DNA from: Nitrososphaeraceae archaeon
GTDB taxonomy: Archaea > Thermoproteota > Nitrososphaeria > Nitrososphaerales > Nitrososphaeraceae
DNA length: 14,933 nucleotides
Direction of reading: 5' to 3'
Assembly (NCBI GenBank): GCA_035297365.1
Contig: DATGZA010000085.1
Span: 1-14,933 of the forward strand
Under the pieces are notes generated by a model. The model saw nothing but the letters and a program-made list of their open reading frames with translations, was not told where the DNA came from and made no database searches. The translations under genes were made by a program, and so were the position numbers. This document shows positions 1 to 8,086 of this stretch, in pieces; positions within the stretch are counted from its first letter, which is position 1, and the number at the start of each line of letters is the position of its first letter.

Positions 1-140
1 ATGTCTATGAATGGTTAGATACTCCTGGACACCCTGGTTCTGACAAGAAACCAATAATGGCCAGAGAGAAAGATTGTATCTTCTGTCTGGCATGTGAAAA
101 TGTGTGTCCTCCACAAGCAATAAAGATATTCCAAAAATAA
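1..140 (+). CDS. 4Fe-4S dicluster ferredoxin (archaeal zinc-ferredoxin-like), 5'-truncated by window edge
   Basis: Not in the ORF track. Manual translation of 3..140 gives VYEWLDTPGHPGSDKKPIMAREKDCIFCLACENVCPPQAIKIFQK*. It contains the CxxCxxCxxxCP cluster motif and the W-x-DTPGHP-x-S-x-KK segment typical of Sulfolobus/thaumarchaeal ferredoxins. Confidence 0.9.
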   Translation, partial: VYEWLDTPGHPGSDKKPIMAREKDCIFCLACENVCPPQAIKIFQK

Positions 141-256
141 ATATTGATTTTAAATTTTCACATTTTCTTCTCCCTTCACCAGATTTTATCCTAGGAAAAT
201 CTAAGACATCGACATAGAGTTACCTTTCACATTATAGTTTTTTACATAATGTTAAT

Positions 257-589
257 ATGTCCTTTTTTCTATTTTTATTCTCATTCGAAGTGACTTCTAC
301 AGAAAAAAAATTGCCAGATTCAGAAGAAAAACATAGTAAATTAAAAGAATATGGGATCCCTTTGGCAGTAATGGGGATATCATTAGTGGTTGTCTATATC
401 TTGTGGGCAGCATTTGGACATATTGGACCACAATTTTCGAACGATGTATTAAAAGCTCAACAGGAAACCTTAAGAGAAAAATACGGTATGCCTCCAGCAG
501 AACAGATAAAAGGTGCAGAAAGCGAAATCCCTCCATCACTACGTGAATTTGCCAAGAAGAACACTACTTTGTTAGGAAATTCTACTTGA
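257..589 (+). CDS. small hypothetical membrane protein (single TM helix)
   Basis: 110-aa ORF with one hydrophobic segment (GIPLAVMGISLVVVYILWAAFG) followed by a charged, Pro-rich tail. The start is uncertain; in-frame GTG at 290 is an alternative. Confidence 0.7.
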   Translation: MSFFLFLFSFEVTSTEKKLPDSEEKHSKLKEYGIPLAVMGISLVVVYILWAAFGHIGPQFSNDVLKAQQETLREKYGMPPAEQIKGAESEIPPSLREFAKKNTTLLGNST

Positions 590-706
590 TTTTTAAAATA
601 CACCTCCTGTCATTATTATGATAGTTTAAATTTTTCATTCAATATAACAAATTGAAATTTTTCTTGTAAATACAATTAAAAGTATGATGTATAGATAAAT
701 TTTTTA

Positions 707-2866
707 TTGGAAAATCATCCAAGTTACAAAAAACATGGTAATCTTGAACCGAATAAACTAATCTCTGAATCTAGTCCATATCTTTTACAACATGCATATA
801 ATCCTGTAGAGTGGTACCCATGGAATGAAAACGCCTTACGAAAGGCGAAAGATGAAGATAAACCTATTTTTCTTAGTGTTGGCTATAGTGCCTGTCATTG
901 GTGTCATGTTATGGCACATGAATCCTTTGAAGATGAAGAAATTGCAAAGATTTTAAATGCTAATTTTATTAATATTAAAGTTGACAGGGAAGAACGTCCA
1001 GACATCGATGAAATATATCAAAAGGTTTGCCAACTCGCAACAGGCAACGGTGGTTGGCCTCTATCAGTATTCCTTACTCCAAATCAAAAACCATTTTATG
1101 TTGGCACATATTTTCCAAAACATTCTAGATATGGTATACCTGGATTTGCTACAATTTTAGAAACTTTATCACAGTCTTACAAGAAAAAAAAAGATGATAT
1201 CGATAGAGCAACAAAGGAGTTCATGGATTCACTTTTATCTACATCCGGGAATCTCACAAAAGAAAGATTTATGGAAATCGAAAAATCTGTTCTGGATGAA
1301 TCTGCTATAAACCTACTTCAATTAGCCGATCCGGTTCACGGCGGCTTTGGTCATGCTCCTAAATTTCCTAATACTTCCAACCTTTTATTCCTTCTTAGAT
1401 ATTATGATTATTCTAAAAATAGTCAATTTCTCAATTTTGTAGAATTCACGGCTAACAAGATTTCATTGGGAGGACTTCACGATCATGTTGGAGGCGGTTT
1501 TTCGAGATATTCTACTGATCAACGATGGTTAGTACCTCATTTTGAAAAAATGCTATATGATAATGCATTACTTGTACAATTATTTTCAGAACTATATCAA
1601 ATAACAAAGAAAGATGAGTATAGACAGTTGATAGATAAAACTTGCAGATATGTCTTAAGAGAGATGACATATAAAGAAGACGATAACATGTGTGGATTTT
1701 TCTCTTCTCAAGATGCAGATTCTGAAGGAGAGGAAGGTAAATTCTACATCTGGAAAAAAAATGAAATTGAAGAGATTTTAAAAGATCAAAAAATAATTGA
1801 AATCTTTTGTGACTATTTTGGGATATCACAAGGCGGAAACTTTGAAGGAAAGAATATTCTAAATGTTACAAAGTCGATGAGTTCATTATCAAAAAAATAT
1901 GAATTATCATTGAGTGAAATTGAGAGGCTTTTAGGCGACTCCTTAAGTATGTTATTCAAATATCGAGCAAATAGAGTACCTCCTGGAAAAGATGAGAAAA
2001 TCTTGGTATCATGGAATTCCTTAATGATATCCTCTTTTGTATCTGCCTATAATGTTACAGATAATTTAGACTATCTGGATACAGCAAGAAAGACAATCTC
2101 ATTCATTGAAAAGAAGATGACAATCGATGGTTATAGACTACAACATACTTTCAAAGACGGCCAATCGAAACTGAATGGATACATAGATGATTATGCGTAT
2201 TATATTAACGCTCTAATTGACTACTTTGAATGTGATTCAGATCCTATTTACCTTGAAAAAGCGATAGGTTATACAAATTCTATGATCTCTCATTTCTGGG
2301 ATGGAAAGGATAAGAATTTCTTCTTCACCTCTGATGATCATGAACAGCTGATAATACGGACAAAGAACTTTTATGATCTAGCAGTTCCTAGCGGTAATTC
2401 GATGGCAGCATATGCTCTTTTGAGACTGCATTTTATTACTCAAAATAATGATTATTATGAAAAGGCAACAGATATTATCAAATCATGTTATCTTGCATCT
2501 ATCCAAAATCCCTTTGGTTTTGGACAATTATTGATTTCGACATATTTCTATATTAAAAAACCAGTAGAAATCATAGTACTCAGAAATGATAAAATGGAAT
2601 CAGCTGATACTTCTGGTAAGACCTCCTTAACCTCTTGGATATCAAAACAATATATTCCAAATAAAATCTTACTTGTGGTGGATTCTAGTTCCAAAAATTA
2701 TCATAAATTACTTGATTTTGGAATAGTCAAAGGAAAAGAAATTAAAATAGATGATATAAACAAATTCAAGGAATCTGTATACATATGTAAAGATTTTACC
2801 TGTTCTCTTCCAATTAACAAAAAAGAAGATTTAGAAAAATATGTTTATCAAATGAAAGAAACCTAG
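707..2866 (+). CDS. YyaL/SPATA20-family thioredoxin domain-containing protein (DUF255 + alpha/alpha barrel)
   Basis: Family motifs [31 protein letters not shown] (CxxC), [52 protein letters not shown] and a C-terminal CxxxxC. TTG start. Confidence 0.95.
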   Translation: MENHPSYKKHGNLEPNKLISESSPYLLQHAYNPVEWYPWNENALRKAKDEDKPIFLSVGYSACHWCHVMAHESFEDEEIAKILNANFINIKVDREERPDIDEIYQKVCQLATGNGGWPLSVFLTPNQKPFYVGTYFPKHSRYGIPGFATILETLSQSYKKKKDDIDRATKEFMDSLLSTSGNLTKERFMEIEKSVLDESAINLLQLADPVHGGFGHAPKFPNTSNLLFLLRYYDYSKNSQFLNFVEFTANKISLGGLHDHVGGGFSRYSTDQRWLVPHFEKMLYDNALLVQLFSELYQITKKDEYRQLIDKTCRYVLREMTYKEDDNMCGFFSSQDADSEGEEGKFYIWKKNEIEEILKDQKIIEIFCDYFGISQGGNFEGKNILNVTKSMSSLSKKYELSLSEIERLLGDSLSMLFKYRANRVPPGKDEKILVSWNSLMISSFVSAYNVTDNLDYLDTARKTISFIEKKMTIDGYRLQHTFKDGQSKLNGYIDDYAYYINALIDYFECDSDPIYLEKAIGYTNSMISHFWDGKDKNFFFTSDDHEQLIIRTKNFYDLAVPSGNSMAAYALLRLHFITQNNDYYEKATDIIKSCYLASIQNPFGFGQLLISTYFYIKKPVEIIVLRNDKMESADTSGKTSLTSWISKQYIPNKILLVVDSSSKNYHKLLDFGIVKGKEIKIDDINKFKESVYICKDFTCSLPINKKEDLEKYVYQMKET

Positions 2867-2867
2867 G

Positions 2868-2900
2868 TTTTTTCTGTTTATTATCTTATTTTTTTCTCGT
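2868..2900 (+). terminator. probable oligo-T archaeal terminator
   Basis: T runs (gttttttctg...attttttttctcg) directly after the stop at 2866, between convergent genes. Confidence 0.4.
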
Positions 2901-2951
2901 TTTGATTTAATTATTTCTTGATAGTGCATCTTGGTTTAATTCTTGTATACA

Positions 2952-3317
2952 TCAAATAAAGTCTATATGTAAAGTCTCAATTTTATTCAATTCTATTCCA
3001 AAATCATCCGAATAGTGTTTTATATTGAAAATAAATTTTGCACGTAACATTCCGTCTTTGTTAAAAGTAACCAAAGTCTCAATTTCATTAAATTGATTAT
3101 CTTTGTCCAAAAAACTAACTTCTCTTGTTATATCGTTGTTAGTATTAACAAGAACTTGGAAAAATGGTTTCAAATTATTTTTTTGTAAACCATTTTCTTT
3201 ACTGAATGGTTCATAAACTACGCAATCTTCGTCAAACAAATCGACTAAACCATCAATATCTCTTTGTTCTATTAATGAAAAAAAATTTTTAACAATATTG
3301 ATATGGTCTTGTCTCAT
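2952..3317 (-). CDS. SnoaL-like / NTF2-family protein
   Basis: N-terminal pattern IVKNFFSLIEQRDIDGLVDLFDEDCVVYEP is the typical SnoaL_2 signature; 121 aa; own TATA box at about -30. Confidence 0.8.
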   Translation of the reverse strand: MRQDHINIVKNFFSLIEQRDIDGLVDLFDEDCVVYEPFSKENGLQKNNLKPFFQVLVNTNNDITREVSFLDKDNQFNEIETLVTFNKDGMLRAKFIFNIKHYSDDFGIELNKIETLHIDFI

Positions 3318-3346
3318 CTCGAAATGAGATAAGCTCGTATCAAAAC

Positions 3347-3374
3347 TATTTAACTAATAGGATTGCAATGCAAG
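3347..3374 (-). promoter_or_regulatory. promoter of SnoaL gene: TTGCATTGCAAT palindrome + TATA box (TTAAATA 3353-3347)
   Basis: Minus strand reads cTTGCATTGCAATcctattagTTAAATA, ending about 30 nt before the ATG at 3317. The same 12-mer occurs upstream of hsp20. Confidence 0.6.
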
Positions 3375-3387
3375 ATTTTTTTATAAT

Positions 3388-3993
3388 TTACAATGATACC
3401 TCTGCTATTAAAGTACTATGAGTGTAAGTAATTTTAACTTTAGACTGGGCTAATTCAAAAAAAATCTTCTCCAGTAGTTCTTTTGAAAACAATGACCAAT
3501 TTTCACCCATATCATGTTGAAGTGAAAATATATGACGTCTTCCTGAATCAAATTTATGTTCAGAATTCATTCCACATACTTTCATGTATTCTTCCAAAAT
3601 AGATAAAACACTAAATAAATTGAATTGATTTTTCATAAATAATACTGATTCTCTTAGCGATTCAAAAGCAACTGACGCAGCCTCTTTAATTAGTAGATTT
3701 CTGTGCATCTCAAGGTCCTTTATTCCAGCTTCTTTACCTATTTGTAAGCTCTTTTCTATTAATGCTGTCATCATTGCTCTTGGTACAGGAATGATCCCTA
3801 GTTTATTTTCATATCTATCCCATTCGGAATATCTTCTCAAGATTTGATTAACTAAAACATTTAATGAGATTTCTTTTTGTTCAGATTCCTTTGTTAATTC
3901 TTCAACTATTCCTGACTCCAGCCTAAAGGTTATGCATCTGGATTTTTTTTTCTTTGATTTTTGTAAATAATGGGAAGGGTAAGAATCTGACAT
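3388..3993 (-). CDS. putative transcription regulator: N-terminal ribbon-helix-helix + C-terminal V4R-like domain (thaumarchaeal family)
   Basis: A basic stretch is followed by RCITFRLESGIVEELTKESEQKEISLNVLVNQILRRY (beta-strand, helix, helix as in CopG/Arc-type RHH). The C-terminal alpha/beta domain includes QHDMGENWS. ATG 3993 is preferred over TTG 4017 because TTTAAAT (4023-4017) sits at TATA distance from 3993. Confidence 0.75.
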   Translation of the reverse strand: MSDSYPSHYLQKSKKKKSRCITFRLESGIVEELTKESEQKEISLNVLVNQILRRYSEWDRYENKLGIIPVPRAMMTALIEKSLQIGKEAGIKDLEMHRNLLIKEAASVAFESLRESVLFMKNQFNLFSVLSILEEYMKVCGMNSEHKFDSGRRHIFSLQHDMGENWSLFSKELLEKIFFELAQSKVKITYTHSTLIAEVSL

Positions 3994-4200
3994 ATATGGA
4001 AAGATATTAATTGGCAATTTAAAAAGTTAGTGTACTTATTAAACAGATTTGTCGTATATCTTTTTCTCAATATCTGGTTAATGTATCAAACTGATTTCAA
4101 ATTATTAGATAGCAGAATAACATCACATTTAAACTCAAATTTTTCATAGAATGCTACTATTATCCTTAACACACGAAATATCAAACAACTAATTTAATAT

Positions 4201-4253
4201 ATTGCAGTCAAATGCAATGAAACCATACTAACCTTATATAATCAATTATTGAT
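4201..4253 (+). promoter_or_regulatory. promoter of CBS operon: ATTGCA-N6-TGCAAT element, TATA box TTATATA (4234-4240), ATCAAT-T-ATTGAT palindrome
   Basis: ATTGCAGTCAAATGCAATGAAAC at 4201-4223, TATA 23-29 nt upstream of ATG 4263, and a second palindrome at 4241-4253. Confidence 0.55.
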
Positions 4254-4262
4254 AGTCTTATT

Positions 4263-4808
4263 ATGAGTATGGATCAAACTTCTGTCACTGCAATTATGGC
4301 AAAAAATGTTGAAATAGCATCTGATGATCAAAATATCCAAAATATTTGCCAAAAAATGTACGAAAAGAAAATAGGGAGTATAATAATTGTAGAAGAGGAA
4401 TTATTTAATGAGTCTGAAAATATTTCTTTTGAGAGAAAAGAGGATAATCTATTGTATACTGCCGGGATAATTACTGAAAGAGATATCGTCAGATTTTTGG
4501 GTTCTGGTTCAATTTTAAAATTCAGCCTAGCAGGTGAAATAATGAGTAAACCGTTGATAACAATTAACTCCACTAACTCTATAAAAGATGCCTTAGAGTA
4601 TATGAATTTGAAAAATATCAAAAGACTTCCGATTTTAGATTCAAATGATCATATAATAGGAATAATTTCCTTTACTGATATTGTTAGATATCTCATTCAG
4701 ACAATGAATCAATCCCCCCTTTTAATTGAAAATCAATTCCCCCTTTACGATGAATCATTTATCAACAAGCTAAATGAAATCTGGTCACATGACTACCTCC
4801 CATTTTAG
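4263..4808 (+). CDS. CBS domain protein (one Bateman pair)
   Basis: CBS motifs VTAIMAKNV, MYEKKIGSIIIV, GIITERDIV, IMSKPLITI, NIKRLPIL, IGIISFTDI. Confidence 0.9.
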   Translation: MSMDQTSVTAIMAKNVEIASDDQNIQNICQKMYEKKIGSIIIVEEELFNESENISFERKEDNLLYTAGIITERDIVRFLGSGSILKFSLAGEIMSKPLITINSTNSIKDALEYMNLKNIKRLPILDSNDHIIGIISFTDIVRYLIQTMNQSPLLIENQFPLYDESFINKLNEIWSHDYLPF

Positions 4809-5844
4809 TTTAGACGATCCCATTATTGAGACCTTTCCTCATTTAACCAAACGTCCATTTTCGTTTACTTACATAAACTCAGATTTAATTCAACTTGCTA
4901 CCTTTCTTGCAATAGGTCCTCAGATATACATAGATGGATTGATAGTGGTTTTAGAGAATCAAATTAAAAAGCAAAAAAAAGTAGAACAAAACGGAATCGA
5001 AGGGAGAGGAGAACAACAAATTACTATTCAAAGTGTTTTAGGTAGGATAGGTAGTAAACAGATTATTCAATGTATTATCTATCCCAATTCATACAAACCT
5101 GTGTGCTATTATCCAGAATCTCTCTATGTTAGAAAAGCATCCGAGATAATGGAAAAATTAACTGGAAAATTAATTATAGAGCTAGATTCAACCATTAGGG
5201 ATGTTTTAGACGTCTTTAAAAAAACAAGATTTGCATTTATTCCCATAGTAGAAACAATCAATGATAATAATACAAAATATTACAAAGCAGTGGCGTCGAT
5301 TACTGTTAGAGATTTTTTAAAATTATTTACAGGAATAAAAAAACATGAAAATACCAAAGATGCTAGTAATATCACTCCTGATATCGATATTGAGAAAATA
5401 AAAAATACTCCAGCAAAAGATGTTGCTTCGGACTTGATATCAGTGAAGCAAGATGATGTGTTGCAAAATGTTCTATCTGTTATGTTTAGCAAAAATATTC
5501 GTAACTTAGGGGTAATGGACAAAAGATCGAACGTTGTCGGTATTATAAATGATAGGAATATCCTTGAATTTCTATTATCTCCTGCTACAAGAATGGTCCT
5601 GGAAAATAAACGTGATTCCATAGACACACTAGAAATTAGAAAAAAAATTGATGACGATATCATTGGACAAAAAAAAATCAAACAAAATCTCAATATTTCT
5701 GATATCTCTGAGGTCAAAGATGATACTACTGTAAGGCAAGCTGCAGAACTTTTGTTGGATCCTAGGAATCCATATTTAATTTTGGAAAACAGAAATAAAA
5801 TAGTTACTCCTTGGGATATCGTTATGAAAACATTATCATTTTAA
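4789..5844 (+). CDS. multi-CBS domain protein (divergent)
   Basis: CBS-like repeats TIRDVLDVFKKTRFAFIPIV...ITVRDFL, NIRNLGVM...VGIINDRNIL, TVRQAAELL...IVTPWDIV. It overlaps the upstream CBS gene (ATG at 4774 or 4789), implying an operon. Confidence 0.85.
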   Translation: MTTSHFSLDDPIIETFPHLTKRPFSFTYINSDLIQLATFLAIGPQIYIDGLIVVLENQIKKQKKVEQNGIEGRGEQQITIQSVLGRIGSKQIIQCIIYPNSYKPVCYYPESLYVRKASEIMEKLTGKLIIELDSTIRDVLDVFKKTRFAFIPIVETINDNNTKYYKAVASITVRDFLKLFTGIKKHENTKDASNITPDIDIEKIKNTPAKDVASDLISVKQDDVLQNVLSVMFSKNIRNLGVMDKRSNVVGIINDRNILEFLLSPATRMVLENKRDSIDTLEIRKKIDDDIIGQKKIKQNLNISDISEVKDDTTVRQAAELLLDPRNPYLILENRNKIVTPWDIVMKTLSF

Positions 5845-6111
5845 AAGTAGTTGACTGGAAATAAAAAGGATAATAAAAAAAAGTAATGTGATAATTGTAA
5901 AATAGAATGAAGGTTAATGAACATGATTTAAGTACAAAAAAGTAGAACATCAAATATGTTCTGGCTCAAATATATAATTGAATAAAATCATTTGCTTATA
6001 CATACGATATAAAGGTTAAGAATAAAATTGGATTTATCATATAAAGTCCATTTTATTCTTAATCTGAACGAAATAATTATTTCTGTTTGTGTTATAATTT
6101 TGGGTATCTCT

Positions 6112-6150
6112 TATTGCATTGCAATACACTGAATGCTTAGTAATTAAATA
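6112..6150 (+). promoter_or_regulatory. hsp20 promoter: TATTGCA-T-TGCAATA palindrome, second CACTG core, TATA box TTAAATA (6144-6150)
   Basis: 15-bp palindrome with perfect 7-bp arms at 6112-6126, CACTG at 6127-6131, TATA 22-28 nt upstream of ATG 6172. Confidence 0.65.
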
Positions 6151-6171
6151 AATTAACTGCTCCTTATAAAT

Positions 6172-6690
6172 ATGGATAAACCAAATTCAATAGAGAAAAA
6201 GAAAATAAAAGATGATCGTTACCTTGCTCGAATGGATGATATCTTTGAGAATTTTAGAAGGGACATTGAGAGTGCATTTTCGCCACGTTTTCCCTCACTT
6301 TGGGATTGGAGATTTCCCACAATCGGATTTCCAAAGTATGAAGAACTGGAAGTGAGAATGCCTTTGTGTGATCTTATAGACAAAGGAGATAAATATGAAC
6401 TGACACTGGAAACGCCAGGTATCGCCAAGGAAAAAATCCAAATTAATGCAACAAAAAATTCGATTAGAGTATCTGGAGAGCAAACTGAAAAAACTGAAGA
6501 GAAAAGAAAGAATTATCTCTATAACGAAAGATCGTATAAATCATTTCAAAGAGAACTTCCCCTTCCTGAAGAAATAATACCTAAAAATATCGGAGCCGAA
6601 ATGAAAAATGGCGTCTTACACGTATCTATTCCAAAAAAGATACCTACCAAACCAGAAGAAACAGAATCAGTCAAAATAGATGTAAAATAA
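6172..6690 (+). CDS. hsp20: Hsp20/alpha-crystallin family small heat-shock protein
   Basis: PLCDLIDKGDKYELTLETPGIAKEKIQI, ERSYKSFQRELPLPEEI, AEMKNGVLHVSIPK and the C-terminal IxV motif (VKIDVK). Confidence 0.95.
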   Translation: MDKPNSIEKKKIKDDRYLARMDDIFENFRRDIESAFSPRFPSLWDWRFPTIGFPKYEELEVRMPLCDLIDKGDKYELTLETPGIAKEKIQINATKNSIRVSGEQTEKTEEKRKNYLYNERSYKSFQRELPLPEEIIPKNIGAEMKNGVLHVSIPKKIPTKPEETESVKIDVK

Positions 6691-6691
6691 A

Positions 6692-6729
6692 TTTTTTACT
6701 ATCATTTTTTTACCGATCTTTAATTTTTC
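6692..6729 (+). terminator. probable oligo-T terminator after hsp20
   Basis: Several T5-T7 runs immediately after the stop at 6690. Confidence 0.4.
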
Positions 6730-6812
6730 TTAGGTAAAATGTAAAGAATATTTAATGATTATTTTATAATCTTAGGTAAAATGTAAAGAATATTTAATGA
6801 TTATTTTATAAT
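6728..6812. repeat. perfect 42-bp tandem duplication (2 copies)
   Basis: cttaggtaaaatgtaaagaatatttaatgattattttataat at 6729-6770 and again at 6771-6812, identical. Confidence 0.95.
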
Positions 6813-6874
6813 TGAATTGCAATATCATTGAAACGTATTCTTTTTATAATAAATTTTCTAACACTATGCAGTGA
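6812..6874 (+). promoter_or_regulatory. promoter of wHTH-CBS gene: TTGAATTGCAA + CATTG cores, TATA TTTATAA (6843-6849), further TGCAGTGA site near the expected TSS
   Basis: Cores at 6815-6819 (AATTG) and 6826-6830 (CATTG); 12 nt from core to TATA, as in the hsp20 and SnoaL promoters; CAGTG at 6869-6873. Confidence 0.5.
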
Positions 6875-6934
6875 TATGAAATAATCAAGATACCGATAAA
6901 TTTAGGAGGACAAGAAAGAATTTTTATTAACATC

Positions 6935-7987
6935 TTGGGATTAGCTACTGAACCCTTAACAAAGAAAAAAATTCAAGAAGAATTATCTCTTTCTCATCAA
7001 CAAGTTAGAAGGTATACTGCAGAATTGGTAAATCGAGGATTATTACAATATTTTGGACCAAGTGGGGAGTATATCGCTACAGCTAAGGGGAATCTTTACT
7101 TGAAGAAAAAATCAATCCATTACGACAATTTTCTACTAGATGCTTACGATGTTAGCAGAGAAATAATTTCGTTAAAACCAAGTAATACTCTCCTGGATGC
7201 AAGAAATTTTATGATCAGATATAACGTTAGCAGAATAGTTGTGTCTGAAGATCAGAGGCCAATTGGTATTATTACTGAAAAAGACATTTCCAAGTACCTA
7301 TATGACTCTTTTACCGAAAAAAAACTTTATGAAATTATGATAAAGGAAGTAATGAAGAAAAATCTAGTTACTATTAATCAAAATTCAGAAATAAAAAATT
7401 GTACGAGATTGATGTTAAAAAATAATATAAGCTCATTGGTACTTCTTGATGACGAAGGAATCCAAAATGGAATAATTACCAAGAGCGATTTAGTAGAGTT
7501 GTATGCATATCATTTTATGAATAAATATCTTTCAAAGGATTGGATGACAAAAAAAGTTCACACTGTCGATCTTTACGAAAATATTCATATAATACTTTTA
7601 TTGATGAATATCCACAAAATATCTAGGCTTATTGTAGTAGAAAATAATAAACCGCTGGGTATAGTGACTATTCGCGATCTATTACCGGTCAGTTTTCTGT
7701 TCCGACGTGACAAGTCACCTTCAATACTTTCTAAAAAAGTATCTTCAAAATATCTTGAACAGCGGTATATTCCGACAAGACTCACCTCAATGCTGGTAGC
7801 AAAAGATGTTATGATGAAAGAGCCTATAACTGTATCAGACAAAACCGATCTTGCGGATGCAGCAAAAATAATGACAAGAAATGGAATTAGTGGATTGCCG
7901 GTTGTTAATTCCAACAATAAGCTGGTCGGAATAGTTACTAAAACGGATATAGTTAAAGCATTAGACAAAATTCTTGATGTCCGATGA
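6935..7987 (+). CDS. winged helix-turn-helix + four-CBS domain protein (putative adenylate-sensing regulator); 5' end possibly frameshifted
   Basis: N-terminal LTKKKIQEELSLSHQQVRRYTAELVNRGLL...YIATAKG is an archaeal ArsR-like wHTH pattern. It is followed by four CBS repeats (GIITEKDI, GIITKSDL, GIVTIRDL, GIVTKTDI). Confidence 0.85.
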   Translation: MGLATEPLTKKKIQEELSLSHQQVRRYTAELVNRGLLQYFGPSGEYIATAKGNLYLKKKSIHYDNFLLDAYDVSREIISLKPSNTLLDARNFMIRYNVSRIVVSEDQRPIGIITEKDISKYLYDSFTEKKLYEIMIKEVMKKNLVTINQNSEIKNCTRLMLKNNISSLVLLDDEGIQNGIITKSDLVELYAYHFMNKYLSKDWMTKKVHTVDLYENIHIILLLMNIHKISRLIVVENNKPLGIVTIRDLLPVSFLFRRDKSPSILSKKVSSKYLEQRYIPTRLTSMLVAKDVMMKEPITVSDKTDLADAAKIMTRNGISGLPVVNSNNKLVGIVTKTDIVKALDKILDVR

Positions 7988-8086
7988 ACAACTAACTTTA
8001 TTTTGAATTTAATAAATTTTTCACATATATTTCAAATTCTTTTTTATAACATGGTTTAGTTTTTTATAAGAATTTTATGTTTATTA

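Noticed and set aside
4283-4294. TGTCACTGCAAT motif-like site inside the first CBS gene
   Set aside because: It lies in coding sequence (V-T-A-I) and is not positioned relative to a TATA box, so chance cannot be excluded.
6070-6083. 14-bp palindrome GAAATAATTATTTC (core also at 11410-11421)
   Set aside because: Nearly all A/T in a very AT-rich spacer, with no consistent position relative to promoters.
5845-6110. Possible ncRNA or small gene in the long CBS-hsp20 spacer
   Set aside because: No GC-rich stem, tRNA fold or credible ORF visible.
6112-6140. CIRCE or HSR1-type heat-shock operator upstream of hsp20
   Set aside because: No match to TTAGCACTC-N9-GAGTGCTAA or CTAAC-N5-GTTAG.
6728-6812. 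Possible CRISPR mini-array
   Set aside because: The two 42-bp copies are directly adjacent with no spacer, and no cas genes are present.
6904-6910. AGGAGGA as a Shine-Dalgarno site for the wHTH-CBS gene
   Set aside because: It is about 25 nt from TTG 6935, too far, and is better explained as Arg-Arg codons of the frameshifted N-terminus.
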